From NCBI GenBank assembly GCA_937944105.1, contig CALDZP010000033.1:2034-66033 (forward strand): a stretch of 64,000 nucleotides of DNA, in the 5' to 3' direction. A program made the translations under genes and the position numbers. Below are positions 52,666 through 63,148 of the stretch, piece by piece. The DNA is from an uncultured Ignavibacteria bacterium. Lineage in GTDB: Bacteria; Bacteroidota; Ignavibacteria; Ch128b. Positions within the stretch are counted from its first letter, which is position 1; every line of letters begins with the position of its first letter. Below the pieces are notes generated by a model. That model was given only the letters and a program-made list of their open reading frames with translations, was not told where the DNA came from and searched no databases.

Positions 52666-54006
52666 ATGCAAAATGATAGTTTGTTAATCAAAAATTTATA
52701 TTTAGCTCAAATCTCAAACAATGAAATTAATCCTATTTTTTGTGATTTGAAGATTGGTAATGGGAGAATTGAGACAATTATTCCAAAAGACTTTTACGAG
52801 TATGTGAATAACGATACTGAAGAAGAAGTCCATGAAAATGAATATAATGCAAAAGGTGCAGTAGCGACTATTCCTTTAATTAATTTTCATGAACATATTT
52901 ATTCAAGACTTGCTAAAGGATTAAAAACTAAAGGTTCATTTTCAAATTTTTACAAGATCTTAAAAAATCTCTGGTGGAAACTTGATTTAATATTAGATGA
53001 AGGAATGATTGAGGCTTCAGCTGTTATGGCTGCAATTGAATCAATTAAAAATGGTACAACTTACATTTTTGATCATCATTCATCACCAAATTTTACAAAA
53101 GATAGTTTGAAAACAATCTCAGAAACTTTATCGCAATTTGGACTCAGGGGAACTATTTGTTTTGAAACATCGGATAGAAATGGTTTAGAAATAACAAAGA
53201 AAGCAGTTCAAGAAAATTGTGATTTTATAGAAAATAATGATGGAAACTTCAAAGGTATTTTTGGACTTCATGCTGCTTTTACTTTGAACGATCAAACCTT
53301 AAGATTTGTATCAAACATAATGAAAGGTCTTGATACAGGAATTCATATTCATTTATGTGAGGATAAAGTAGATAGGGAACAAAGCCTAAAAAAATTTGAA
53401 GCCTTACCACTTGAAAGATTAATAAAATTTAATTTAATAAATTCAAAATCAATTCTTGCTCATGGTGTTCACTTAAAAAAGAAAGAGTATAAAAAAATTG
53501 CAGAATATGAAGCTGCGATTGCTCTAAATCCTGATTCTAATATGAATAATTCTGTTGGAATTCCTGTATTTAAAAAATTCCCTGAAAATCTTACACTTTT
53601 AGCCGGTACTGATGGTATGAATTCTAATATTGCTAAAACATTAAAACAATTATTTCTACTTTACCGATATTCAGGTGAAAGTTTTGATGATTCATTCAAA
53701 TGGATAAAAAAAATTTATTTCAATCAATTAAATTTTATAAAGAAATATTTTGATGATTTTACAACTCTCAATCAAAATGAAAGAGCAGATTTAATTATAT
53801 GGGACTACACTCCTGTTAATGAAATGACTTATGAAAACTTCTGGGGACATTTCGTATATGGAATTCTGGAGCAGAGACCAAAAACAGTAATTCAAAGTGG
53901 TAAATATTTACTTAAAGATTTTCAGTTACAATTTGATACCCAAACCATTCAGAAAGAAATAATAAAACAAGGTATGAGATTAAAAGAAAAATTTGAGTCT
54001 TCTTAA
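52666..54006 (+). CDS. ssnA: SsnA-like amidohydrolase
   Basis: HEHIYSRLAKG, LWWKLD, DHHSSP, CFETSDRNG, GLHAAFT, HLCE, SNMNN. Confidence 0.75.
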   Translation: MQNDSLLIKNLYLAQISNNEINPIFCDLKIGNGRIETIIPKDFYEYVNNDTEEEVHENEYNAKGAVATIPLINFHEHIYSRLAKGLKTKGSFSNFYKILKNLWWKLDLILDEGMIEASAVMAAIESIKNGTTYIFDHHSSPNFTKDSLKTISETLSQFGLRGTICFETSDRNGLEITKKAVQENCDFIENNDGNFKGIFGLHAAFTLNDQTLRFVSNIMKGLDTGIHIHLCEDKVDREQSLKKFEALPLERLIKFNLINSKSILAHGVHLKKKEYKKIAEYEAAIALNPDSNMNNSVGIPVFKKFPENLTLLAGTDGMNSNIAKTLKQLFLLYRYSGESFDDSFKWIKKIYFNQLNFIKKYFDDFTTLNQNERADLIIWDYTPVNEMTYENFWGHFVYGILEQRPKTVIQSGKYLLKDFQLQFDTQTIQKEIIKQGMRLKEKFESS

Positions 54007-54065
54007 TTAAGGAATTTTTGTTCAAAAAATATTATTTTGAATTTGAAATATGATTAGGGGAAAAT

Positions 54066-56471
54066 ATGAAAGAAAAATTTAATGTTATTGGAAAACCAGT
54101 AATTCGTCAGGACGGTAAAGCTAAAGTTACTGGTCAGGCTAAATTTGCAGATGATTATAAATTCCCGAATACATTGTTCGGAGTTATGGTTAGAACTAAA
54201 TCGACTCATGCTATTATTAAAAATATTGATTATTCTGAAATCGAAAATGATAAAAATATTGTAACCATTATTGATGCAAGTGATATAAAAGGAGCGAAGA
54301 AGACTGGGTTAATAAGAAAAGATCAGCCAGTTTTTGCTTTTGACAAAATTGTAACACCTGGTGATGTAGTTGCAATGCTTGTTGGTGTAGATGTTGATGA
54401 ACTTCGTATCTTAGCGAAAAAAGTAAAAATAGAACTGGAAGAATTGCCCTCTTTAACAGACCCTGAAAAATCACTCGATCCAGATTCACCGCTAATACAT
54501 CCTGAATTTAATACAAATCTTGTTGTTCATCATCCACTAAGAAAAGGTGATATTGAGAAAGGTTTTAATGAATCAGATTATATAATTGAACAAACATATA
54601 CAACTCCGCACATCGAGCATGCTTACATTGAGCCTGAATGCGTTACAGCCATACCGCTTGAAGGTGATAAAGGAATTTATATCATTGGGAGTATTCAAAA
54701 TCCTTTTACTGTCAGAAGGATTGTTGCTGAAGTATTAAATTTTCCACTTAACAAAGTTAGAGTTGAACAGGCAGAACTTGGTGGTTCCTTTGGTGGTAAA
54801 GATGATATTATGTGTATACTTTCTGCGAGGGCATCAATTGCAGCACTGAAAACAAAAAGACCAGTTAAAATAAAATATACTCGTGAAGAGTCAATTCTTG
54901 AATCTTATAAGCGTCATCCATACAGAATGCATTATAAAGTTGGTTATACTAAAGAAGGTAAAATCAAAGCAATGAAGATTGATATTTTAGCTGATGCTGG
55001 TGCTTATTGTTCTATGACTCCCTATGTTACCTGGAGATCTGTTGTTCAGGCTACTGGTCCATATGAAATTGAAAATGTATGGACAGATGTCAGAGCTGTT
55101 TATACTAATAATCCATATACAGGTGCAATGCGTGGTTTTGGTTCTCCGCAAATTGTTTTTGCTCAGGAATCTCTCATGGATGATATTGCTGTTAGTCTTG
55201 GGTTAACTCCAGATGAAATTCGAAGAATTAACGGGTATAGATATGGTTCTATTACAGCGAGTGGTCAACGACTTGAAAACCATGATGTCAATTTGATGAA
55301 AGTTCTGGATACTGCATGTGAGGCAACAAATTTTAGAGAAAAGTGGCTTGAAAATGAAAAACATCACAATAGAAGAATTCCGACAATTGAATTTAAAGAT
55401 GAAATTATCAATAAAAATTTAATATTAAGTGATCGAGAATTTGTTGAGCCAGAAGACACATGGAAGAAGGGGATTGGATTGGCAATTAGTTTTCGAGGTA
55501 GTTCACTTGGAGCTGAAGGGATCGATGCTGCAGCAGCTTATCTATCAATTCAAAGTGATGGAAGTGCTTATTTACTTTGTGGTTTGGCTGAAAATGGTCA
55601 GGGAATGAAAACGGCTTATTCTATTATTGTTTCTGAAATTCTTGGAATTCCAGTTGAAAATATCTATTACCTTGAATTAACAACAGCCCACATTCCTGAT
55701 AGTGGTCCAACGGTTGCCTCTCGATCAACTGTTATGGGAGGTGGCGCTGTCAAAAATGCTTCAGAAATTTTGAGAAAAAGATTTGAAGATTTTTTAAGAA
55801 GCCAATGGCAGCTTACAGAAGATGATTTAATAGTGTTTGAAAACAATAAAATTTATGTCAAAGGGAAAGAAAAATTTTCATTAAGCTTTTCGGAATTTAC
55901 TGCCCTTGCTTATAAGAAAGGAATTTGTCTGGCATCAATAGGCTGGTATCCTGGCCCAAAGATTCATTGGGATGAAAAAGTTGGACAGGGGAAAGCCTAC
56001 TTTACTTATGTGTACGGTGCTCAGGTAGCGGAAGTCCGGGTAAATATTGTAACAGGTGAGGTTTATATTGATAAGATAACAGCAGTGCATGACCCAGGCA
56101 AGGTTATAAACCTTCTTGGTGCACTTGGTCAGGTTTATGGCGGAGTTACTCAGGGTGCAGGTTATGCAATTTTTGAAGAGTTATCAAAGCAAAATGGTTT
56201 TCCTCAAGAATTAAATTTTGATCAATATCTTATTCCAACAAGTAAAGATGTTGGTGAAATCGTACCAATATTTATTGAAGGCAAAGATGAATTTGGTCCA
56301 TGGGGAGCAAAATCTTTAGGTGAACCTACACTTGAATTAACTTCTGCCGCAATTAATAACGCAATTCGAAATGCTGTTGGTGAAAGATACTTTAATTTGC
56401 CTGTGAATCTCGAAGAAGTTATTCTTAAAAGAAAATTAAGACCCGGGGATATTCAGAGAGGAAGTTTATGA
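54066..56471 (+). CDS. Xanthine dehydrogenase-family molybdopterin-binding subunit
   Basis: EHAYIEPE, GGSFGGKD, AMRGFG, ENGQG, GAKSLGEP. Confidence 0.92.
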   Translation: MKEKFNVIGKPVIRQDGKAKVTGQAKFADDYKFPNTLFGVMVRTKSTHAIIKNIDYSEIENDKNIVTIIDASDIKGAKKTGLIRKDQPVFAFDKIVTPGDVVAMLVGVDVDELRILAKKVKIELEELPSLTDPEKSLDPDSPLIHPEFNTNLVVHHPLRKGDIEKGFNESDYIIEQTYTTPHIEHAYIEPECVTAIPLEGDKGIYIIGSIQNPFTVRRIVAEVLNFPLNKVRVEQAELGGSFGGKDDIMCILSARASIAALKTKRPVKIKYTREESILESYKRHPYRMHYKVGYTKEGKIKAMKIDILADAGAYCSMTPYVTWRSVVQATGPYEIENVWTDVRAVYTNNPYTGAMRGFGSPQIVFAQESLMDDIAVSLGLTPDEIRRINGYRYGSITASGQRLENHDVNLMKVLDTACEATNFREKWLENEKHHNRRIPTIEFKDEIINKNLILSDREFVEPEDTWKKGIGLAISFRGSSLGAEGIDAAAAYLSIQSDGSAYLLCGLAENGQGMKTAYSIIVSEILGIPVENIYYLELTTAHIPDSGPTVASRSTVMGGGAVKNASEILRKRFEDFLRSQWQLTEDDLIVFENNKIYVKGKEKFSLSFSEFTALAYKKGICLASIGWYPGPKIHWDEKVGQGKAYFTYVYGAQVAEVRVNIVTGEVYIDKITAVHDPGKVINLLGALGQVYGGVTQGAGYAIFEELSKQNGFPQELNFDQYLIPTSKDVGEIVPIFIEGKDEFGPWGAKSLGEPTLELTSAAINNAIRNAVGERYFNLPVNLEEVILKRKLRPGDIQRGSL

Positions 56472-57337
56472 TTCCAAAATTAAATTACGTTGCTCCTTTA
56501 AGTTTAAAAAGAACTTTGAAAATCCTGTCAGAAAATAAAAAGAAAGCAAAAATACTTGCTGGTGGTACTGATATTCTTCCTGGTTTTCATATTAATTCAA
56601 AACGATTTAGGGATATAGAACTTCTGGTTGATATCAAGAAAATTGGTGAATTAAAATTAATCAAAGAATTTAAGGATCGTGTTGAGATTGGTGCATGTGT
56701 GACATTCTCTCAAATCTGTGAAAGTGATACGTTTAAAAAATTCTTTCCACTTCTTGTAAAATCTGCAGAAACTGTTGGTAGTGTTCAAATTAGAAATCGA
56801 GCTACTGTTGTTGGTAATTGTGTAAACAATGCACCTTGTGCTGATAGCGTTCCACCACTTTTAGTTTATGATGCAAAGATTGAAATACAATCTCTAAAAA
56901 GAAAGAGAGTAATTTCACTACAAAAATTTTTGATTAAACCTTATTCAACAGCATTGAAAAAGAATGAGGTTGTAACAAAAATTATTATTCCAAAACCCGA
57001 TCCTGATTTTAAGGGTGATTTTTATAAACTTGGTAGAAGAAGAGCAGTAGCCATAAGTAGAATATCACTTGCTCTATTGCTTAAGAAGAAGGCTGGAATA
57101 ATTGATGAATTGAGAATTGCAAGTGGTGCAGTAACTCCTATTGGCGCCCGACTCCATGAACTTGAAAAATTTGCAAAAGATAAAAAAGCTGATTCGAGTA
57201 CATTTAAAGAATTATCAATTCTGATGGGTAAAAAAGTTCTTCAAATTACAGGACTTCGATGGTCATCAGAATATAAATTACCAGTTCTTCAACAGGTGTT
57301 TTACCAATTGCTGGAGAAAGTTAATGAAGAAGAATAA
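56468..57337 (+). CDS. Xanthine dehydrogenase-family FAD-binding subunit
   Basis: LAGGTD, QIRNRATVVGN, AD, FYKLGRR. Confidence 0.92.
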   Translation: MIPKLNYVAPLSLKRTLKILSENKKKAKILAGGTDILPGFHINSKRFRDIELLVDIKKIGELKLIKEFKDRVEIGACVTFSQICESDTFKKFFPLLVKSAETVGSVQIRNRATVVGNCVNNAPCADSVPPLLVYDAKIEIQSLKRKRVISLQKFLIKPYSTALKKNEVVTKIIIPKPDPDFKGDFYKLGRRRAVAISRISLALLLKKKAGIIDELRIASGAVTPIGARLHELEKFAKDKKADSSTFKELSILMGKKVLQITGLRWSSEYKLPVLQQVFYQLLEKVNEEE

Positions 57338-57803
57338 AATTTTGAAGAAAATCAAATTAAGATTTACTTTGAACGGGGAGCCAGTTGAACTTGAAACATT
57401 ACCAAATAAGAGATTACTTGATTTATTGAGAGATGATTTAAACCTGACAGGTACAAAAGAAGGTTGTTCAATTGGTGAATGTGGTGCGTGTACTGTTATT
57501 GTGAATGATAAAGCTGTAAATTCATGTTTGATGCTTGCTGGTGAAATTAATGGTTCTGCGATCATTACAATTGAAGGAATTTCACAAAACGGGAATCTTC
57601 ATCCGTTGCAGGAGAATTTTTTGAAATTTGGTGCTGTTCAGTGTGGCTTTTGCATTCCTGGCATGATTCTCTCTGCGTATGCGCTTCTTAATAAAAATCG
57701 AAGACCCGATGAAGAAACTATAAAAGAAGCAATTGCCGGAAACTTGTGTCGATGTACAGGCTACAAACAAATTATTGAAGCTATTAAAAACACAAAGTTG
57801 TGA
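57324..57803 (+). CDS. Xanthine dehydrogenase-family 2x[2Fe-2S] subunit
   Basis: GCSIGECGACT...C, QCGFC, NLCRCTGY. Confidence 0.94.
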   Translation: MKKNKILKKIKLRFTLNGEPVELETLPNKRLLDLLRDDLNLTGTKEGCSIGECGACTVIVNDKAVNSCLMLAGEINGSAIITIEGISQNGNLHPLQENFLKFGAVQCGFCIPGMILSAYALLNKNRRPDEETIKEAIAGNLCRCTGYKQIIEAIKNTKL

Positions 57804-58081
57804 TATTTTGAAATGCTTTCAACGATAATTCAGATTTGTTGAAAAAATGTTAAGTTTATAATTATTACTTCCCCAAACCATTGAACTTGTGTTGTGAAGG
57901 GTAATTTCATTGTAAAATAATTTTAATCTGTCATCTGATTTAAAAATTTTAGAAACGTATCACAATGAAATCAAAACCTGTGGTAGAATTATTTTCTCAA
58001 AAACTTGATAAATGGTAAAATATAAAAATTCAATATTGTTATTGTTCGGTGCGATAAAATAAATAGTTAGTAAAGATTGAA

Positions 58082-59338
58082 ATGAAAAAATTAATCTTAA
58101 TTTTAATTTCCTTCGTAATATTTTCTTGCTCTAAGAAAAGAGATTTTATTGAAATTGAATTCTGGACTCTTCAATTGAGCCCAACTTTTAATAAATATTT
58201 CGAAGAGGTTATAAGTGAATATGAAAGAATACATCCAGAAGTAAGAATTAAATGGGTTGATGTTCCATATGATGCGGCAATTCAAAAATTACTCAGCTCT
58301 ATTATTGCTGGAAATCCTCCAGATGTTATAAATCTATCCAGTGATTTTCTTTCAAAGTTTGAAAGCATTAAAGCACTTGTTGATTTAAGAACATTTTATC
58401 CTGACGATACTTTCAAAATATTTTTACCCAATGCTCTTGAAAATTGTATAATTAACAACAAGATTGTTGCATTACCCTGGTATTTAAACACTTACATTTT
58501 AATTTATAATAAAAAGCTTTTTAAGGAAGCTGGATTTACAGAGAAAAATTTACCTAAAAGTTTTTCAGAATTAATTGATTTCATTAAAGAGTATAAGAAT
58601 CGAACTGGAAAGTTTGCATTTTTCTGGAATATCGGTAAAGATAGTTACCTTCCAATAATGCTTGAATCTGAGGGAATTAGAATGATTGATGAAAGTATGA
58701 AAAAAGCATTTTTTAATTCCGAAGAAGCAATTGAACAAATAGGGAAATGGGTTGAACTTTATAAAGATGGATACTTACCACGAGAGTCAATTATTGCAAC
58801 GGGAACAAAAATAATTGAACCATTTCAATCTGGTGATGTGGCTATGGTTTTTACCGGTCCTGTTTTTATCAAAAGAATAAGAGAGAATTCACCTGAAATT
58901 TTTAAGAATACGGATGTATCATCAGTGATTACTGGTAAAACAGGTAAACATGAACTTGCTGCAATGTCACTTTCAGTACTTGCATCAAGTAAATACAAAA
59001 GAGAAGCCGCTGATTTTATTTTTTATCTGACAAATGCTCAAAATCAATTAAAATTCAGTAAACTCACCGTAACTTTCCCTTCTGTTATTGAGGCATTGAA
59101 AGATTCATTCTTTACAAAAGATGATGGTACACTAGAATCTAAAGCAAGGATAATAGGAGTGAGGGATTTGCCTTTTGCGTGTAGACTCAGAACTTACTTG
59201 CAACATCCCAAATTTGATGACCTTCGAGACATTTTTGACGAGGCAATTCAAAGTGCCTGTCTTGGGAAAAAATCTACACATGATGCGATAAATGAAGCTG
59301 TGAAAGAATGGAATAAAATATTAAGTGAAGAATATTAG
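58082..59338 (+). CDS. ABC transporter sugar-binding lipoprotein
   Basis: Lipobox IFSC, GNPPDV, ALPWY, IYNKKLFKEAG, typical of the SBP_bac_1 family. Confidence 0.88.
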   Translation: MKKLILILISFVIFSCSKKRDFIEIEFWTLQLSPTFNKYFEEVISEYERIHPEVRIKWVDVPYDAAIQKLLSSIIAGNPPDVINLSSDFLSKFESIKALVDLRTFYPDDTFKIFLPNALENCIINNKIVALPWYLNTYILIYNKKLFKEAGFTEKNLPKSFSELIDFIKEYKNRTGKFAFFWNIGKDSYLPIMLESEGIRMIDESMKKAFFNSEEAIEQIGKWVELYKDGYLPRESIIATGTKIIEPFQSGDVAMVFTGPVFIKRIRENSPEIFKNTDVSSVITGKTGKHELAAMSLSVLASSKYKREAADFIFYLTNAQNQLKFSKLTVTFPSVIEALKDSFFTKDDGTLESKARIIGVRDLPFACRLRTYLQHPKFDDLRDIFDEAIQSACLGKKSTHDAINEAVKEWNKILSEEY

Positions 59339-59744
59339 TGTTTAATAATCCTCAACATAAATTTTTACATGGTCCCAATTAGCTAATTTAAGATTCAAAT
59401 TAATTAAACTTATCTTATTTCGAATATCTCTTAAATTAAAATACCTTCATATGATTCGTCAAAGATTATTTCGACAAATATTTTGTCATCAAGATAACCG
59501 GGGAAAAATTTAAGTATGGAATTTTTACTCTGCAAAATCTAAAATTTTTTTCTCATCTTTTGTGGATATACTAAAACAAAATTTACCGTTTAATTTTAAT
59601 TCATTTATTAAATGAGGATAATAACAATCGTCAGCTGTAAAACATTTTTGAAATATTTAATCGATTTGAAAATATTAACAAATGTCTCCAACATGTTATT
59701 GAAAAATTCAGAATTGTTTACTCTGTAATTTTATCGTTGGTTTA

Positions 59745-60092
59745 TCATTCTAATTTTATTATTGAGGAAGCATGGAAGTAGTCATGATGCATATGACCTC
59801 GAATTACTACAACTTCTGCATCATGAAAACCTTCAGGAAGATTGGCTGGTCCCTGAACTTTATAAATTTTATTGTTTTTATCCTTCACATAAAAAATAGA
59901 AATATTTTGTTCGGCTATTAGTTGAATAGGTTTGTCTTTGGCAAGGTAAACTCGAACATCTACATTTTTATTGTCATCTGGACTAAGTCGACTTAAATCA
60001 AATATTTCTTTTGATTCAGCAAAGAATAAAGAATAGATAACATACAGAATAAAAATACTAAAAATTATCAATATTGGTTTTGTAAATCTCAT
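59745..60092 (-). CDS. CcmE-like membrane-anchored OB-fold protein lacking the heme-binding motif
   Basis: N-terminal TM helix; FYVKD...LPEGF...VVVIRGH...FHASSII follows the CcmE core pattern, but the protein ends at KLE. Confidence 0.6.
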   Translation of the reverse strand: MRFTKPILIIFSIFILYVIYSLFFAESKEIFDLSRLSPDDNKNVDVRVYLAKDKPIQLIAEQNISIFYVKDKNNKIYKVQGPANLPEGFHDAEVVVIRGHMHHDYFHASSIIKLE

Positions 60093-60173
60093 ATAATTAT
60101 CCTTTCTAATTAATTTTCCGATTCATGAAAAATTAGATTTTTTATTTTAATCAAATAGATTGGCTAAATTAAT

Positions 60174-60226
60174 TTGAAAGGAGACGCAAGATGAAAAGAC
60201 AGTTTAGATCTTAGCGTCCCCCTCAA
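60174..60226 (-). terminator. Hairpin downstream of the M16 peptidase
   Basis: GGAGACGC-AAGAT...ATCTT-A-GCGTCCCC imperfect stem. Confidence 0.5.
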
Positions 60227-60241
60227 TTTATCAATAAATAC

Positions 60242-62995
60242 TCATTGAATCAGATTTCCATCGCTATCGATAAAGTGGATTTCACCCAAATTAAGCTCTA
60301 TGATTTCTTTTTCAATTTTTGCTCGATCACCGACAACAACCCAGACTAAATTATTTGGTTTAATTACTTTTTTAGCTGCTTCTTTAACTTCGTCAATATT
60401 GAGTGATTTTAGCTTTTGAGGATATTTTTGATAATAGTCATCTGGTAAATTGTACTTAACCATGGTTACAATCGAACCTGAAATTGCACGAATTGTTTCC
60501 CATGTTCCAGGTAAAGATAAAACTTCATTTTGTTTGTTTTTCTCAAGTTCTTCAATAGTTGGGGGTTTTGTGGTTACCATTTGCTCCAGTTCTTTTTTGA
60601 TCTCAATCATCGATTCTTTGGTTTTGTCGGTTTGAACAGAAGCATAAACTACAAAAGGTCGCTGACCTCTAGCTCCCATTAAGAATGAAGATGCACCATA
60701 TGACCAGTGTTTATCTTCTCTTAAATTCATGTTAATTCTTGATGTAAATGCACCACCAAAGATTGTATTCATCATTTCAATGGCAATGTCATCAGGATCG
60801 TTGCTTGGTGGAGCTATATGTCCCGCGAAGATTAATGATTGAATTGAACCAGGTCGATCAAGAATATAAACGAGTGATTTTTCTTTATGATTTACTTCAC
60901 TAATGTTCTTTACTGGAACAGTTCCAGGTTTCCATTCATCAAAAAGTTTTTCAAGCTTTGGAACTATCTCATCTAATGTAATATCACCTACTATCACAAG
61001 CGTGGAATTATTTGGTTTGAACCAGGTTTGATGATATTTAACTAAATCTTCTCTTGTAATTTTTTTGACTGATTCTTCAGTTCCGGAGCCAGTTAAAGGA
61101 TTCCCATAAGCGTGATTTTCACCATATAAAATTTTTGGGAATACTCTTAATGCCATTGATGTGGGAGTCACTTTTTCTCTTTGAATTGCCGCAATTGTTT
61201 GTGATTTTATTCGATTGAAGTCATCTTCAGGGAAGGATGGATTCAAGATAACATCAGAAAAAATCTCAAGACTTTCGTCGAGTTTGTTTTTCAGAGCCGA
61301 AAGGGTAACATAAGAGACATCAAGATCACTACCAGATCCCAGTGAAGCTCCCAGCAATGATAACTCCTCGCTTATTTGAAGTGCTGTTCTTTTCTTTGTT
61401 CCTTCATCAATCATTTCCATGGCGAGTTTACTTGTTCCGGGCAAAGCAAATTGATCTGAGGCATAACCAGCATCTACAACAAGATTAAAATTCACAACAG
61501 GAATTGAGTGTCGCTCAGCTAAAACAATTTTTAATCCATTTTTAAGTTGTGCTTTTTGTAAATCAGGGAATTTAATATCAGGTGGTGTTCCTGGATCTGG
61601 TAATTTTGATCGATCAACATCTGATTTGATAGCTTTTAATTCTGGATAAGGATGAACTTCAAGAATAAATACACCATCACTTAACCAAGCATTGGCAACA
61701 TCTTTAAGATTTCTGGTGGTCGCATTTCTAACCCAGCTAAGAACTTTTTTGTAATAATCAGGTGTCCCGCCAAAGACCTGATTCTGTGCCAGTATATCAC
61801 TCTTACCACCAAAACCACCAATTCTTTCAATACCACGAATGAAACTCGCTTCATATTCTGTTTTTACTCTTTCAAGTTCTTTTTCGGTAGGTCCTTCTTT
61901 TAAAAATTTATTTAATTCGTCGTCTAATGATTTTTCAACATTTTTCAAATCAATTCCTGGTTTTGCTGTGGCTACAATCATAAATTGACTTCCAATTTCA
62001 CCAGGTGAGGCATAGACTTGCACACTCGTACAGATTTGCTCATCATAAACCAACCTCTTATAAAGTCTTGATGTTTTACCACTTCCTAGAACATCACTGA
62101 CTAAATCAAGATAGGTTAATTCTTCACTTCCCCATTGAGGAATATTCCATACTTTATAAATTCTTGCTTGAGGAACGCGATCTTGCATTACCTGTCTTTT
62201 TGTTCCTGACATCTTAGCAATCCAGACCTGATGCTTTGCAATTGGTGGGCCAGGAGGAATATCACCAAAATATTTTTTTACTTTCTCATAAACTTCTTGA
62301 GTATTAACATCACCTGCAATAACCAGTACGGCGTTATTCGGTCCATAATAAGTTTTAAACCATTCATGCACATCTTCGAGAGTAGCGGCATTTAGATCTT
62401 CCATTGAACCAATTACTGTCCAAGAATAAGGATGGCCTGCTGGATAAGTTCCTTTTGTAATTAATTCCCAGACCTTTCCATAAGGTTGATTTTCGCTTTG
62501 ACGTTTTTCATTCTGAACAACCCCTCTTTGTTCATCGAGCTTTGCTTGATCCACTGCACCAAGTAAATGTCCCATTCTATCAGATTCCATCCATAAAGCT
62601 ATATCAAGAGCTGAAGTAGGAACATTTTGAAAGTAATTCGTTCTATCTTCATTCGTAGTTCCATTCAGGTCAGTTGCGCCAATTCTTTCCATTGCCTGAA
62701 AATAATCGTCATTAAAATTCTCGCTTCCGTTAAACATTAAATGCTCAAACAAATGAGCAAATCCTGTTTTTCCTGGCTTCTCATTTTTTGAACCCACGTG
62801 ATACCATACATTTACAGCAACAATTGGTGCTTTATGATCTTCATGAACAATGAGTGTTAACCCATTATCAAGAACAAATTTGGTATATGGTATATCAATA
62901 TTAAGTTGCATTTCTTTACCTTTCTTTTGTCCATATATATTAATGGATAAAGCCAATATTAAAATTACAAAAAGATTAGGTCTGATTCGCTCCAT
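60242..62995 (-). CDS. M16 family zinc peptidase (two fused M16B halves)
   Basis: Signal peptide, HLFEH inverted zinc motif, LREDKHWSYG in the second half. Confidence 0.93.
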   Translation of the reverse strand: MERIRPNLFVILILALSINIYGQKKGKEMQLNIDIPYTKFVLDNGLTLIVHEDHKAPIVAVNVWYHVGSKNEKPGKTGFAHLFEHLMFNGSENFNDDYFQAMERIGATDLNGTTNEDRTNYFQNVPTSALDIALWMESDRMGHLLGAVDQAKLDEQRGVVQNEKRQSENQPYGKVWELITKGTYPAGHPYSWTVIGSMEDLNAATLEDVHEWFKTYYGPNNAVLVIAGDVNTQEVYEKVKKYFGDIPPGPPIAKHQVWIAKMSGTKRQVMQDRVPQARIYKVWNIPQWGSEELTYLDLVSDVLGSGKTSRLYKRLVYDEQICTSVQVYASPGEIGSQFMIVATAKPGIDLKNVEKSLDDELNKFLKEGPTEKELERVKTEYEASFIRGIERIGGFGGKSDILAQNQVFGGTPDYYKKVLSWVRNATTRNLKDVANAWLSDGVFILEVHPYPELKAIKSDVDRSKLPDPGTPPDIKFPDLQKAQLKNGLKIVLAERHSIPVVNFNLVVDAGYASDQFALPGTSKLAMEMIDEGTKKRTALQISEELSLLGASLGSGSDLDVSYVTLSALKNKLDESLEIFSDVILNPSFPEDDFNRIKSQTIAAIQREKVTPTSMALRVFPKILYGENHAYGNPLTGSGTEESVKKITREDLVKYHQTWFKPNNSTLVIVGDITLDEIVPKLEKLFDEWKPGTVPVKNISEVNHKEKSLVYILDRPGSIQSLIFAGHIAPPSNDPDDIAIEMMNTIFGGAFTSRINMNLREDKHWSYGASSFLMGARGQRPFVVYASVQTDKTKESMIEIKKELEQMVTTKPPTIEELEKNKQNEVLSLPGTWETIRAISGSIVTMVKYNLPDDYYQKYPQKLKSLNIDEVKEAAKKVIKPNNLVWVVVGDRAKIEKEIIELNLGEIHFIDSDGNLIQ

Positions 62996-63148
62996 ATTTT
63001 TTACCCTTTATTTGTTTTTCTTTAAATATTTTTTGAAATAAATACTCATTCGAACTTTCAGGTTGTTTTTGGTAAATTCAAAAAAACTAAAAGAGTTTGT
63101 TAAATTTAATTTATAAATCTACTCTTCCATTCAAGGTAAATAAGTTTT

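Noticed and set aside
50932-57803. Selenocysteine read-through in the Mo-hydroxylase cluster
   Set aside because: All ORFs are full length with no internal TGA. A labile Se cofactor cannot be judged from this window.
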